Assembly: GCF_001447785.1 (NCBI RefSeq)
Contig: NW_015168046.1
Span: forward strand, 1,832,411 to 1,896,410
Reading direction: 5' to 3'
Origin: Gekko japonicus
Lineage: Eukaryota
Length of the DNA: 64,000 nt
Shown: piece by piece, positions 39,209 to 51,409 of the stretch
How positions within the stretch are numbered: the first letter of the stretch is position 1
Layout of the letters: each line of letters begins with the position of its first letter
Notes under the pieces: generated by a model
What the model saw: only the letters and a program-made list of their open reading frames with translations
Databases searched by the model: none
What the model was told of the DNA's origin: nothing
Made by a program: the position numbers and the translations under genes

Positions 39209-39866
39209 TGCGGTGGCGCAGGCAGCTTAAGCACCTGCTAGTAACATCAATAGCGAACAGCCATAATGGCTGTTCGAATCCCCACCGCAGCCGGAGTGAG
39301 CTCCCGGCCCTCAGTCCCAGCTCCCGCCAACCCAGCGGCTCGAAAAATAACATTAAGTAGAGAAATGGGTACCTGCCTTAGAGGCAGGGGGCACCCTCCT
39401 CCTGGTTCCGTGCCAGGAGGGCTAACGGTGGTGGCGGCGGCGGCAACGGGAGAGGCAAGAGAGAGGCGGCAGTGAGAAAGGCGGCGAGGAAGAACAATGG
39501 CAGTCCGACGAACCGTGGAGGTAACATCGGATGGAGGCGGGGATGGACGACGCAGCTGCGAGGCGGCGCGGCGCGGCTGGAGCCTGATGGGACGAATAGC
39601 CGACGCCGCAGTCCAACAAGCAGCGTGCGCCAACGAAAGGATCCATCAAGAAGCCCGCCGATGATCGCCAAACTACCCGGAGCACCGAGACTACGCCTGG
39701 AGCCGCCGAGAGTGAGGAAGAAGAGAGAAAGCCGCCGTCTGGGTGCCGCTAGGTAACCCCCCCACACACCCCATTGTGGCCTTAGTTAGGTTTGACTACA
39801 GATGTAGTCTAAATGTAAACCGCTCTGAGACCCATTAGGGGTCATGAGCGGTATAGAAATCACATG

Positions 39867-39901
<35 letters not shown>

Positions 39902-39902
39902 A
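39209..39902 (+). mobile_element. Composite SINE copy B: tRNA/Sauria-type head, variable GC core, L2-type tail
   Basis: A-box-like TGGCGCAGGCAG (39214), B-box GTTCGAATCC (39272-39281), Sauria-like body, long (TAAA)n tail, probable TSD AAGTGG (39203-39208 / 39901-39906). Confidence 0.85.
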
Positions 39903-40251
39903 GTGGGAGCCACTCACATTTGCCCTGCAAGCGGTGATCTCGTGGCTTGTAGGGCAGACATGGGCAGCCCCTGTTTTCAAAGAGTAGGCACTGCATGTGC
40001 CTGCCCTGCAAGCGGTGAGATCACTGCATGCAGGGCAGGTGTGGGTGGCCCCTGCCAACAACTGTTGGGGGTGGGGCTTCCCCCACCGGCCAGCTGGCCA
40101 GCTTCTGGGAGCAGCCCTAAAACTCAGGGATCCACCGCCCCTACCTGGGTGCTGGCATCCCTAAGCTTGATCCTTTTCATTTCAGCCAGTTATCCATTTA
40201 AAATTACCTTCAGTAGCTTTTCTTTTCTTATGTTGAGGAAAAGACACCAGC

Positions 40252-40465
40252 TAGGGTTGCCAAGTCTGGGTTGGAAAATACCTGGAAACTTTGGGGGTGG
40301 ATCCAGGAGAGGTCAGGGTTTAGGGAGGGGCCTCAGCATGGTACAATGCCACAGAGTCCACCCTTCATAGCAGCCATTTTCTCCAGGGGAGCTGATCTCT
40401 GTCAGCTGGAAATCAATTGTAAAAGCGGGAGATCCCCAGGCCCCACCTGGAGGCTGGCAACCCTA
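40252..40465. mobile_element. hAT MITE
   Basis: TIR TAGGGTTGCCA/TGGCAACCCTA; perfect 8-bp TSD ACACCAGC. Confidence 0.92.
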
Positions 40466-42466
40466 ACACCAGCAGAAACACTCTCTTGTCATGCCATGCC
40501 TTACTCTCCTTGTGCATTCTAGACCCTGACTGCTTTCAGATGGTACAACAAGTTTCTGTTGGTTATGGGTGTAAACATGACTTGTTTGCTGTGCTCACAT
40601 ACTTTTATTGCCAATACACTAAATAAACCACGCAGTGAAAACAATTTTCCAGGCAGTAAAGGGTAATAAAAAGTATTTATTTGAATAAGGAACCCCCTAC
40701 AGCTTAATTCAGCCTGGGTGTTCAACAAACAAATGCAACGAGCAGACTTATATACTCTTTTTTGCTCCTCCTCACTTTATGTCATCACTGACATCATGTA
40801 GACAGGCTTAGTTCAGTTCTCTTTGTCTGGTCAGTCATCAATCACATATTTGGCTCACAAGATGGTAGCTGGCTGAGTTTCTCACTCCTACAACACAAGT
40901 GCAGTCCATTATTTCTAATTTATGACTTGGGTTACTACTCTCAAATTTCTAATTTATGACTTTGTTTACTACTCTCAAACTCCTGCCACCTCTGACTGAA
41001 CTTTTCAGGCGGGTTCATTCTCAGTATTACCTTCTCAGCTCAGTTACCACCATTGTTCTTCTTTACACTTAATACATGCATATAAAAGTACTTTAAAGCA
41101 TTTTTATAAACTTATTTTCACTAACAGGTGTGAAGACATATCATTACAATGACATTCTAAAGCATTAAACTCTTTACATAAATTCTTTTAGCGTTTTAAA
41201 ATACTTTGTAGCATTAAGCTCTTATAGATGTATTGATTTACACATTATTATTCATTTTGGTTCATCAGGAAATTTTACAGAATTATTTTTGATTATTTAT
41301 GAAGCTGCTTCTAATATAAATTGAAGTTTATACTTTATAAAACACAGTTTAGTTCAGCCTGTAGGAGACACTGTTCTACAATACAAATAATTGACCCTTT
41401 TAATCGATGCCAAGAATCATGATCTAATGCCCACCTGGGCTTTCTTTATTGGTTAATATGCATGATTTGTCTCTGTGACATAATACTCCTCAAAAACTTA
41501 AAAGCACAGAATGGTGTGGGGAGTATAATTAATTACTTTGTTTTTGGCTGAACTTAGTAGTTGGGTCTTCTGAGACTTCAAAAGACACACTCCTCGTTAG
41601 TTTTCTCAACTTAGTTCAGTTGGGTCATTTCTAGCCTTTCTAGCCACTGCCCATGACAAGATGTCACAGCAAATTGGAGTTTGATTGAAGGCTTCCCAAA
41701 CCAGAAAAATGTCTATTATACTTCAGACATGAAAGGAGGATGGAGGGAGTGTGCAGGCATAGCAAACAAGTTGTGTTTGTGACCATCAACAAAGAAACAG
41801 GAGTTTGTCTTTAAGTCTAAATGTAGCCACTGGTGTGTTGCAGCCTGGTCTCAGTGTTACTGTGTGTGGTCTAGGTCTATACCTGTGTATGTTTATCTGG
41901 AATCCAGTTTCACACTAAAAGAGTGATGTGTATAGAAGAAACATTTAATACATTTAAAATAGTATCAAGCATGCAAAATAGTGCCAAATCCCCCCAATAA
42001 AATGCAAATACTCTGAACACCCACACATAAATGAGTACTGAAGGAAAAGGTAGAGAGCCAAGTAAAATCAAATCAGAGATCCAGGGAAGCAGATAGGAAG
42101 AGCAGGGAGCAACAGGAAGCTTCTGTAGTGACCGGAAAGGGTGTCATGAACAGAAAATTCCAGGTGGGGGGGATATTCTGCCTCCTGTTATAGCATTTGG
42201 AACTTGAACTTGAGCACAATAGGTTCCTTTTTCCTGGGTGTTCCCAGAAATCTTTATCTATCATGATTTGAATGTGAGAAATGAGAAATAATTTCTAGAT
42301 TTATACGTGGCTCCTGTCTTTTGGTCTGCTCTAAGAAGTATGCAACTAGGAGGCTATGTGGCCACATTTTGAATGTAACAGGTGTCTGCATCTATGCTAC
42401 TGGGAGAATATGATATCCTTAGAAGCTAATATACCTATTTCAACCACCTATCAAAAAGATTACTGG

Positions 42467-42886
42467 GGCCCCTGCCACACAGGGGGAAATTGCTGCGGGC
42501 AAAGTGCGGCTTTTGAAAGCCGCACCAAAAGAGACACGCGGCGGCAGGATCACACAGATCCCCTGAGCCGCCGCGCAGTTGCTCCCCGGCATGATCAGAT
42601 GCCGTGGGGGAGCCACGGACGGGAGCGCAAGGCAGCCGGCTGCACGTTGCTCCTCAATTGCTCCTGCAGACGGGTGCGCCGGCGATCCGACGGCCGCGCT
42701 TGATGCGGCGTGTCAGGTTGGTCCTGCTGTTTACTAGGTTTATTTTTCGTGCGCATTTTAGGCCTAAAGGGACGGATTGGGGACAGGTGCACGCTGATTC
42801 CCAGATGTTGCGGTGAGATCGCGCCTGTTTGCTGCGCCCCCGATCCATCCCTCTTCCAGCCCAAAACCTCCCGTGTGACCGGGGCC
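42467..42886. mobile_element. PIF/Harbinger-type MITE, CpG-rich
   Basis: TIR GGCCCCTGCCACAC / GTGTGACCGGGGCC; inverted homologue of 59905-60348. Confidence 0.82.
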
Positions 42887-45800
42887 AAGGCATCAACATT
42901 AGAAATGTAAGGAGTGAAGACAACTCCATCCCCCCCCCAAATCTGGATACATACAAAATAATTATTATTGGTAATCAGATGATGTTGCACATAAATTATC
43001 ATTACATATTGTGTACATGAGTTAAATATGCACACTGGAATCAGGTACAGAGTAGCGAGACGTTTGTACATATCTAGGTCAGCCCAAAAATCTCAAAAAA
43101 CAAAAAAAAAACAAAAATGTTAATAAGTTACTTTGGGGGATAAAATAGCAGCCATTTGGTGGAATGCTACTTTTTTCTCTCATGGAGGAAATTGTCCCTT
43201 ATGAGAGGATGAAAATGGGTGGAGTGGGTTCCCTCCCTTGCCCCCAGTTATTCTCTGCTGGGGCTGGGCACCTCCACCTGCAATCTAGTGTAGACACCAG
43301 CTGAAGCCCTTCTAAGAGCTGCCTTCCTCACTGCCATCATCACTCACCTCCACTACCACATAAGTGAGGTAGAGGACAATGAAACTGCAAGGTGGCAGGA
43401 GCAGGAGCCCCCACTGCCCCCAGTGGATGGTCCAGAGTGGATGCCTGATTATTGGGGGGGGATTCTCTCCTATGAGTCTCATGGGCGTGTGTCCCCCCGC
43501 TTGTGTGTATATATAGAGAGAGGAAGTCAAACCCCCTCGGCAATAAATTTCTTAAATTGTAACAGTTCTCTGCTCGTGATTTTTTGAAATGAGCCACCTT
43601 ACCAGACTCCCATTGAGCATTGACATTGGCAGTAGGTGACCAATAGGTATGCTGTGTTGGCATACATTGCAGTTATCTGTACACTCTCTATCATGGCATT
43701 AACTAATTAATCAAAATATTTATATCCCACCTTTTCTCATGGATCAAAGTACATACAAATCACACACACACAAAAGCAACAATTTAAAACCTCCAAATAA
43801 CTTCCTCAGGGAGCACATTCCACAGAGCAATAGAGAAGGCATGAGCTCTGGCTGATACCAGGTGGGCTACCTTACTATCAGAAGGTAGCAGCATGAGGAC
43901 TTCACCTGGTGCATGGTTACATATGGGAGGAGATATATAAGTCCTAGGCCGTAAGGGACTTTAAAGTTCATAATGAGCACTTGGAATTGGCAGCCAACGG
44001 GCCTGTTTCAAGATTATTTGCAGATGAACCATTTTGTATTACTATAAATATCTGAGAAACCATGAAACCATAGACCTTTATTGGCATGTCACCAATATTC
44101 TAAGTATACTAATATTTTTCAAACCTGACTTAGTATTTACACTATATTAATTAATTATCACATTCTTTATATTTTTTGTGCAAGGCATTTCTTTAGCTGT
44201 TCTTGCTGTCATGATCTATTGGGAGCTCTTACTTTAGCTTTTACTGTCATAAGAAGAAAATAATGTTATTGGATCAAAACAATAAAAGGTCACTGGGTGG
44301 CAGAAGGAAAAAGATACTTCATATGTACTATAAATTACATGCTATCTCAGTTTCACATCAGACTGGGCAGTTTCAGATTGAAGTAGTACCTAATATAAGA
44401 CACCTTCTATAGTTTATGGGAATGAAAAGTTATGTAAGAAGTCTTTTGATTGGTATATTTATAGTTCATAGTACAAAATTTATTTTATCCAGATGACTTT
44501 GTTGGATGCTGGCTGTCACTGTATCCTGCTAAGGCTGGGAAGTTGCACAGAATCAGGCACACCCATACATTGGACTGTGCCTGTGCCAAACATTGCCATC
44601 CTAAGAATTGTCACACTTTAGATTTAGAAGGTGTAACTTTGCTTAGGATGGCAGTGATTGTATTGCATTTTTGCCCTATCGCAGTTTAAGGTTCTCCATA
44701 AGATCTCTTGGCTAATCAATACGGTTCCCACCTGGGCAACCTTCCTTTTTCACTTTCAGTGTAGAAAGGAGTTGAAGGCTACAGAAAATGCATCTGCAAT
44801 AAGTGTACTTCAGATCCCTTAGATATATCAGGAGTTTTTTTGGTTGGTTTTTTTTTCTATGAGACTACATTTTATTTTATCATAGTGGCCAAAATATCCT
44901 TGAAGGCACACAAAAGAATGCACAAGAACAGAATATAGGCAGAGAAAACCCTCTTTTGTTGAAATTTATAATTCTTTCCCCCTTGCCCTAGTGGTACATC
45001 TTGATCGATAGAGTATATATCTTCTAATCTTTTAGGGTAGCAGTTCCTAAAGAGCACAGGAGCAGTAGCAATGAAGCTGACTAAGGCTGATGTAGATGTT
45101 GCCCTCATCTGAAATCGCTACTATAAAGGAACAGCTATTATTACAGAAATTCAAAGGGTGCTTGACATAATCAGGTCAGGCAGAGGTACATAAACAACAG
45201 GCTGCAGAAGACACACAGAAATGTGTCTTTTGATTCTGTACCTGGAAGACACAGATGGTAAAGCTTTTATTCACACCTGCTTGTGTGGCATTTCTTATTC
45301 CGTTCCTTTCCCTGGCCTCTTTTATATTTTATCTGCCGGGTAACTTTACTTGCCACAGAAAGGATTTTCAAAACTCCTTCATGATTCCTAAGCAAATATT
45401 CCCTTCCTTGTAGTTATCTTCCTAGTAAACAGATTTTCATAGCTAGGCATTTGCTTTATGGGTAGCCACCTCCCATTGTGTCCTGCCTGCGACCAAGAAA
45501 GAGGTGTGGCTTTGAATTTGAAAGGTTACCATACACTGCTCAAACCCTTAGGAAGGATGTTTCACCAATATTTTCTATTTTTAATTTTTTATTACAGTTT
45601 ATTTGCTTAGTAATGAACAAATATATCATTAATTAACACATATTAATGTTGAAGGTAGTTGGAGAGAAATTTAAAAGGAAATGGTCCATCAATCAGACAT
45701 CAGGTTGCTTTGTAAAGAGGGACAATATTAACATGCAGGATTCTCAAAGAAAATAGGACTATAGGGCTGCAAGTGAAAGGGATCTTGGCAAAATAACCTT

Positions 45801-46624
45801 TTTTAAATGTAAAAAGAAGCACACATACTTTTAAAGGAAAAACATAATTAATTTTCTATTCTTGTCAATGTGCAGGTTTACATTTATTTATCCTGAATGT
45901 TATGAAAGGCTCTGATGAGTAGCCCTAATTCTGCTATTAAATACTATCCAAAGAGAGATGCAGATCATTGCAATGAGAACTGATATTCTTTCCAATTGTC
46001 ATCATCCTGACTATGTAAGTCCCAAGGGCCAATGAATTTTCCCCACAGTTCCATGTGCTTCTGAAATGTACAAACTGGCCAAAAGGTGGTCAGATCGATA
46101 TCTACTTAACGCTGTAGGAAGTAGTTATGGTAACTCCAGTGCACCCTATCATTCCTGTAAATCACCTTAATTTCTGGTCTGGAATGAAAGGGCATCGCAA
46201 GTTGACCAAGAAGCATATAGTTCAGACAGAGACAGAATCGCAACAATATCTAGTTTGCTAATGGCTTGACAGTTTCAGGCCTTTGGGAGCCATCTGTGGG
46301 TCATGCTCCAGGCAACATTTAAAACAATTAAGGTCCAAGATGGGAGACAAGCTATGACTCAGACCCAGGGACATAAGCAATGCATTTATCGGCTTTTAAG
46401 CAAGGGGCAGCTGAAAGCTCAAGGCCTGAACATGAGTTCCTCTACCAAGGCCAAAGTTTTAAGCAGTGCTAAGAAGGGGTTTGGTAGTGGTAGATTTTAA
46501 CTAATTCTAGTTCAATTCAGAGTCATTTATTACCATATCGATTTTTAGCAAAACATTGATTTGGGGAATTCTTCTATATCTTACATTTTAAAGCTGTATA
46601 TTAAGCCCTATTATGCTGGGATAT

Positions 46625-46850
46625 TTTATTTATTTGCTTCATTTATACCCCACCTCTCTCCAATGGTGACTCAAAGCTGCTTACATTTTTCTCCTCTCCT
46701 CCATTGTATCCCCACAACAACCCTGTGAGGTAGGTAAGGCTGAGAGTGGGTGACTGGCCCAACCTCGCGCAGCAAACTTACATGGCAGAATGGCGAGTCA
46801 AATCTGGGTTTCCCAGATCCTAGTTCAACAGTTTAACTGCTGCACAACAC
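46625..46850 (-). mobile_element. Older tRNA SINE (Squam3-like)
   Basis: CACAACAACCCTGTGAGGTAGG...GGCTGAGAG body; reverse complement of the family at 6525-6714. Confidence 0.7.
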
Positions 46851-47669
46851 TGCCATTTGAATATTGTATGTGGTAAACTTACAGTTGCCAGGTCCTCACC
46901 CAAACACGTCTGTAAGGATTCCTTCTCTGCAATTAGGATAACGTGCCCATTGCAATGCTTTTACCTAAAAAGTACAACCTTTATTATTGTTTAATGCAAA
47001 TGTCAAGATGTATATATAGTCACCTAACCTCCAGTCTTTCTGTCAGAGCCTTGAGTGTTATGATAGTGAGCTTCACTGAGAAAAAAGTGCAGTGGTAGGA
47101 AGAAAAACATTACCATGCTATTCCCTACCTTGATAACATATAAAAACAAAAGGATTCTCTCCCTTCTGTTTTTATTGTTATTGTAGCTCAGTTCACCATG
47201 ATCTATGGAGTCAGTTTCCCAGATGTTGGCCAGCTACACCCCCAGCCATATTTTATGGCATCCACCCAAAAGAGATGGCAAGAATCCAGTGGTCAGCGGA
47301 GTGGAGTCTGAAGGATGATTTGACATTACAGAAGAAACAAAGACAACTGTAGGCACGGTTTGCTTGCTGAAGTCAACGGGATCTTTTTGCAGAGTGTGGA
47401 GGGAGAAGGCTCCATAATTGATCTTAATTATTCGTAGGTTCTCAGAAGTTTTTAATTTCACACAAAATCTCTCTCAGAGAAGTTGTTGCCCATTTTTTCC
47501 CATTTGGGAAGTAAAGGTTCAGGGGGTGTACAGTACTCATTAGTTAAATGGATTCTGAGTTATGTCAACCCAGATTTATTTATTTTTTTATCCTATTCAT
47601 CTGTTCTCTTTCAAGGCCAATCAAGGTGCCAAACTGAGGAGAGGTGGAAATGTGAGAAGTGGCAATGTG

Positions 47670-50600
47670 AGAAGAGGCAACCGTCGTTCCTGACGTTTCT
47701 GGGACACGATCTGCCGATCCTACAACAAATCTGGCCACATCACCCATGCCTGACGTTCCATGCACCAGGAATCCGCAGAGCTTCACACGGTGGCTGTTCG
47801 CCACCACCAGGTACTGAAATTGCCCCAAGACACCCCTGATAAGATTAAAGTAACCGTTTTGATAGAGGAGGCCCCCTGCGAAATGGAACTGTACACAGCT
47901 CTCCTCCATTTCCATCATTTCGGCAGAGACACTCTGAGGGCTCTGTCTGGGGGGGGGGGGGCTGGTTGAACCCAGTTGACTTTACCCTCCATGACTTCCA
48001 GAAGAACCCAGTGGCAGTTAAGGGGTCGGGCAAGTTCAGGATGCAATACCAGGACTTTGATAGACTGTTTGACCTGGTGGTGGTAGAAGGCCAGTTCACC
48101 AATCTTCTGGGACTGTCCTGGTTTGCGGTGTTGGAGTTCAAGGTGACGGGCATTCATAACGTACAGCCGACAGACTTTTACAGGGTGTGCAAGGAATTCC
48201 CAGCGGTCTTCAACAGCATGCTGGGGCATTACATGGGTCACCTGATCTCCCTCGACCTAGACCACTGCCCCCTATAGATGGAAGGCCTGAAGCTGGGACT
48301 GTCCTGGTTTGCGGCGTTGGAGTTCAAGGCGACGGGCATTCATAACGTACAGCCGACAGACTTTAACAGGGTGTGCAAGGAATTCCCAGCGGTCTTCAAC
48401 AGCATGCTGGGGCATTACATGGGTCCCCTGGTCTCCCTCGACCTAGACCCAGCAATCCGCCCTATCTGCATGAAGGCCTGGTGGGTCGCCGAGCCCCTGC
48501 ACCACCTCCTAGACAAAAAAGCACCGTGGGTTTGGGGCCCAACACATGCCGCTGCATTCTGGGCTGTGAATGACCTGCTGGTATCGAACACAGTCCTGGC
48601 ACACTTTGATGAGTCTCTTCCAGTCATCCTCGTGTGTGATGCTTCCCCATACGGGGTCGGGGCGGTCCTGGGCCACCAGCTGCCGGATGGCCGTGAGGTT
48701 CCTGTCACCTATTACTCAAGGACTCTCTGTTCGGCTGAGCGCAACTACGCTCAAATTGATAAGGAGGCCTTGGCAATCGTGGCTGGAGTAACAAAGTTCC
48801 ATGATTACCTCTATGGCCAGCCCTTCACTGTCCTCATGGACCATAAACCCCTCTTGGGTCTACTTGCTCCGGACCGCCAGACTCCTCAGATGCTGTCCAC
48901 AAGGGCAACTGGTCCATCTTCCTGGCTAGCTCCTCCACCGACCTAGAAAAGCGATGGGCCACGCTGACACCCTGAGCTGCCTTCCTCTGCCATCCTGTGA
49001 CCCGGACCTGGCTCCCACCCATCAGATCCTGCTGCTCAAGGATCTGCTCAACTGCCCCATCCAGGTCTTCGACATGCCCTGCCTCACAGCTCGGGATCAC
49101 CTGCTCTCCCGTGTCTTGGACTGGGTGGGGAGGGGGTGGCCCACCAGCCGGGTGGGCCTGGAATTTGCAGCATTCTCCTCCCGCCGGGATGAACTGTCGG
49201 CCCATAAGGGTTTTTTGTTGTAGGAAAGCCGGGTAGTTGTTCCCGCCCCACTGCAGCAGTGGGTACTAGCAGCCTTACATGAGACGCATCCCAGAATTGT
49301 CAAGATGAAAGCGCTCACACGCAGCTATGTATGGTGGCCAAACATGGACAGCGAGATCGAGGACTGTGTGCAGTGCTGTCAGACATGCCAGGAATCAGGG
49401 CTGGAGCCACCCAGGGCCCCAGTCAGGCCCTGGGAGTCATCACAGAAACCATGGGCCTGACTCCACCTTGACTTCGTGGGTCCGTTCCAGGAGCAAATCT
49501 TCTTTATACTGGTGGACTCTTATACCAAATGGCTGGAGGTGGTGCTGGTCCCCTCCACCTCATCCTGTGCCATGATCCATGCCCTATGGCGGATTTTCAG
49601 TACCCATGGTATTCCAGACACCTTAGTCACTGAAAACAGGACCGCATTCACATCGGCAGAATTCCAGGAATTCATAGAATACTATGCCATCAGACACATC
49701 CACTCCACACCCTTCCACCCTGCAACAAACGGCCAGGGAGAATGGATGGTGAGGACGACCAAGGAGTCCCTGTGCAGGTTAGCCAAGGGAGATTGGGAAT
49801 ATCACCTGGCTGCCTTCCTCTTTGGCCAGAGGATGACCCCGAACTCAACCACTGGCCACTGCCTAGCAGAACAACTCATGGGCCGGTGTCTCACCACACA
49901 CCTCGATCGACTACACCCCGACCGTGCTCCCGAGCACAGCATGGCCCCAGCCATTGAGGAAGCACCCTGTGGTTTCTTCCTGGGTGACCCCGTCTATGCC
50001 AGGAACTTCGCCCGGGGTCCCGCATGGCTACCCACCAGGATAATCCACATCACCAGTCCCCTGTCATATGAAGTGTCAACAGAAGATGGCCAACTGTTTC
50101 GCCGCCACATTGATCACCTCCACCACTGACTACTCCTGGCAGAGCAACAGACAGTGGAGGACAGTGAAGACAAGATGCTTAGCCCAGGATCCAGTGACGC
50201 CGAGGTGAACATGCCCAGCGATCAAGCACAAACCGGACTCAGCACACCAGCAACTGTGAATGGTGAAAACACCCCGGAGCCAGGCGTCACACCAGGACAC
50301 GAAAGCGAACTGACTCCTGCACTCACACCTGGGATCCCAGAGGGCACACCGGAGTCTGCTCCAGAATCGACAACCCTGCCGGCAATGCTACACCATTCCA
50401 CCTGGGAGTGGCGGAAGCCCGCACACTTGAAAGACTTTGTGTGCTAGCGGGTTCTGAACCTTGGGGGGAGGGGTGTTGTATATTAAGATAGACGACACAT
50501 GTGCTTGGGTTCGCACGTGGTCAGGTGAACAATTACAGCTTATGGTTCTATAACAATAGCGGGTGAGGATCCAAGAACTAGCCTATCGACCACCTCAGAT

Positions 50601-50789
50601 TCTGCGCCCAACCTATGAAGGATAGCCACTGTGTAAATAGCCAATCACGGGAAGTGGGGTGTGTGTTGGGTGTGGTGTGTTTCACAGATTTAAGCGGGGT
50701 CACGGCCCTGCAAGTTGTCTTGTGTTTTTACCAAGTCCCAATAAACCATGAGCTGATCACTTCTACGCGTCCGAACCCAATATGTTACA
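47670..50789 (+). mobile_element. Degenerate Gypsy (Mag/K02A2.6-like) LTR retrotransposon: protease, RNase H, integrase, PPT, 3' LTR; RT and 5' LTR missing
   Basis: NLLGLSWF (end of PR); CDASPYGVGAVL...ERNYAQIDKEALA..DHKPL (RNase H); H-H-C-C zinc finger at ~49275-49390; LVDSY..FTSAEF..PATNGQ.E (integrase); PPT GGGGGGAGGGG before TGTTG. Confidence 0.93.
50474..50789 (+). mobile_element. 3' LTR of the Gypsy element
   Basis: TGT...ACA directly after the PPT; CCAAT box and AATAAA at ~50740. Confidence 0.85.
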
Positions 50790-51409
50790 ACTTGGTTGAT
50801 ATTTTCAGTTTAGCAGTGTGTTAATTAACATGCAGATGAGACTCAAAAGGGTTGGTGTGGAAGAAAATGGCTATTTGGGACTTGTTTAGTGCATTCACAT
50901 TTCCAGGAATATTTACCAAGCTGCCTAGCAGACATGTGTTGGTTGTTGATGAGTCAAAGTCCCAAAGAACAGCTTTGTCTGGATATTGCTGTAATAGGAG
51001 GCTTGCAGCCCAAATGGATACTTTAATATTCTTGATGGCTACTGCATTGCTGTATGGTACAGGCATAGTTCTATAACTTCATAATATAATTATAATGATT
51101 TTTAATTGTTGTATGCTGTTTCAGATGCCTTCAGGCAGATAGATAACTGAATTTTTATAAATAGCTTTATTTTTAATATTTCTTTATCTGTCCATGTAAT
51201 AAGATCAAATGCACTTGTACTATATGATTGATGAAGCAAAAACTAATTGTTAGTACATTTTAAAAAGTTATCGCAGGTTATCTATAACAGTTCCTGGTTA
51301 TTTACAATTTGCTGCAAACACATTCTCTCTATGCCTGGCATCCAAAAGAAGTCTCATTTATATTAGGTTGTCATATGGTTACTTCAACAGTATAAAGCTG
51401 TCCTAAAAG

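Larger units (their letters stand above)
38658..40163. mobile_element. hAT element with internal palindromic tandem array; hosts a CR1 tail and composite SINE B
   Basis: TAGGGTTGCCAG / CTGGCATCCCTA TIRs; TSD AGCATGAT/AGCTTGAT. Confidence 0.75.

Noticed and set aside
39209-39290. tRNA gene
   Set aside because: A/B boxes are present, but there is no convincing cloverleaf or terminator and it continues into the SINE body.
39247-39767. Arg-rich ORFs suggestive of a viral capsid or delta antigen
   Set aside because: No recognisable motif, not shared with the copy A core, and explained by codon composition.
38820-40060. CRISPR-like palindromic repeats
   Set aside because: Degenerate contiguous units without unique spacers, eukaryotic context and no cas genes.
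40910-40980. Short tandem duplications (also 15441-15503, 25565-25640, 63432-63480)
   Set aside because: Ordinary slippage or repair duplications with no further structure.
42356-43071. ORF cluster, with similar peptides at 59813-60433
   Set aside because: Produced by two copies of a GC-rich non-coding MITE; no transposase motifs.
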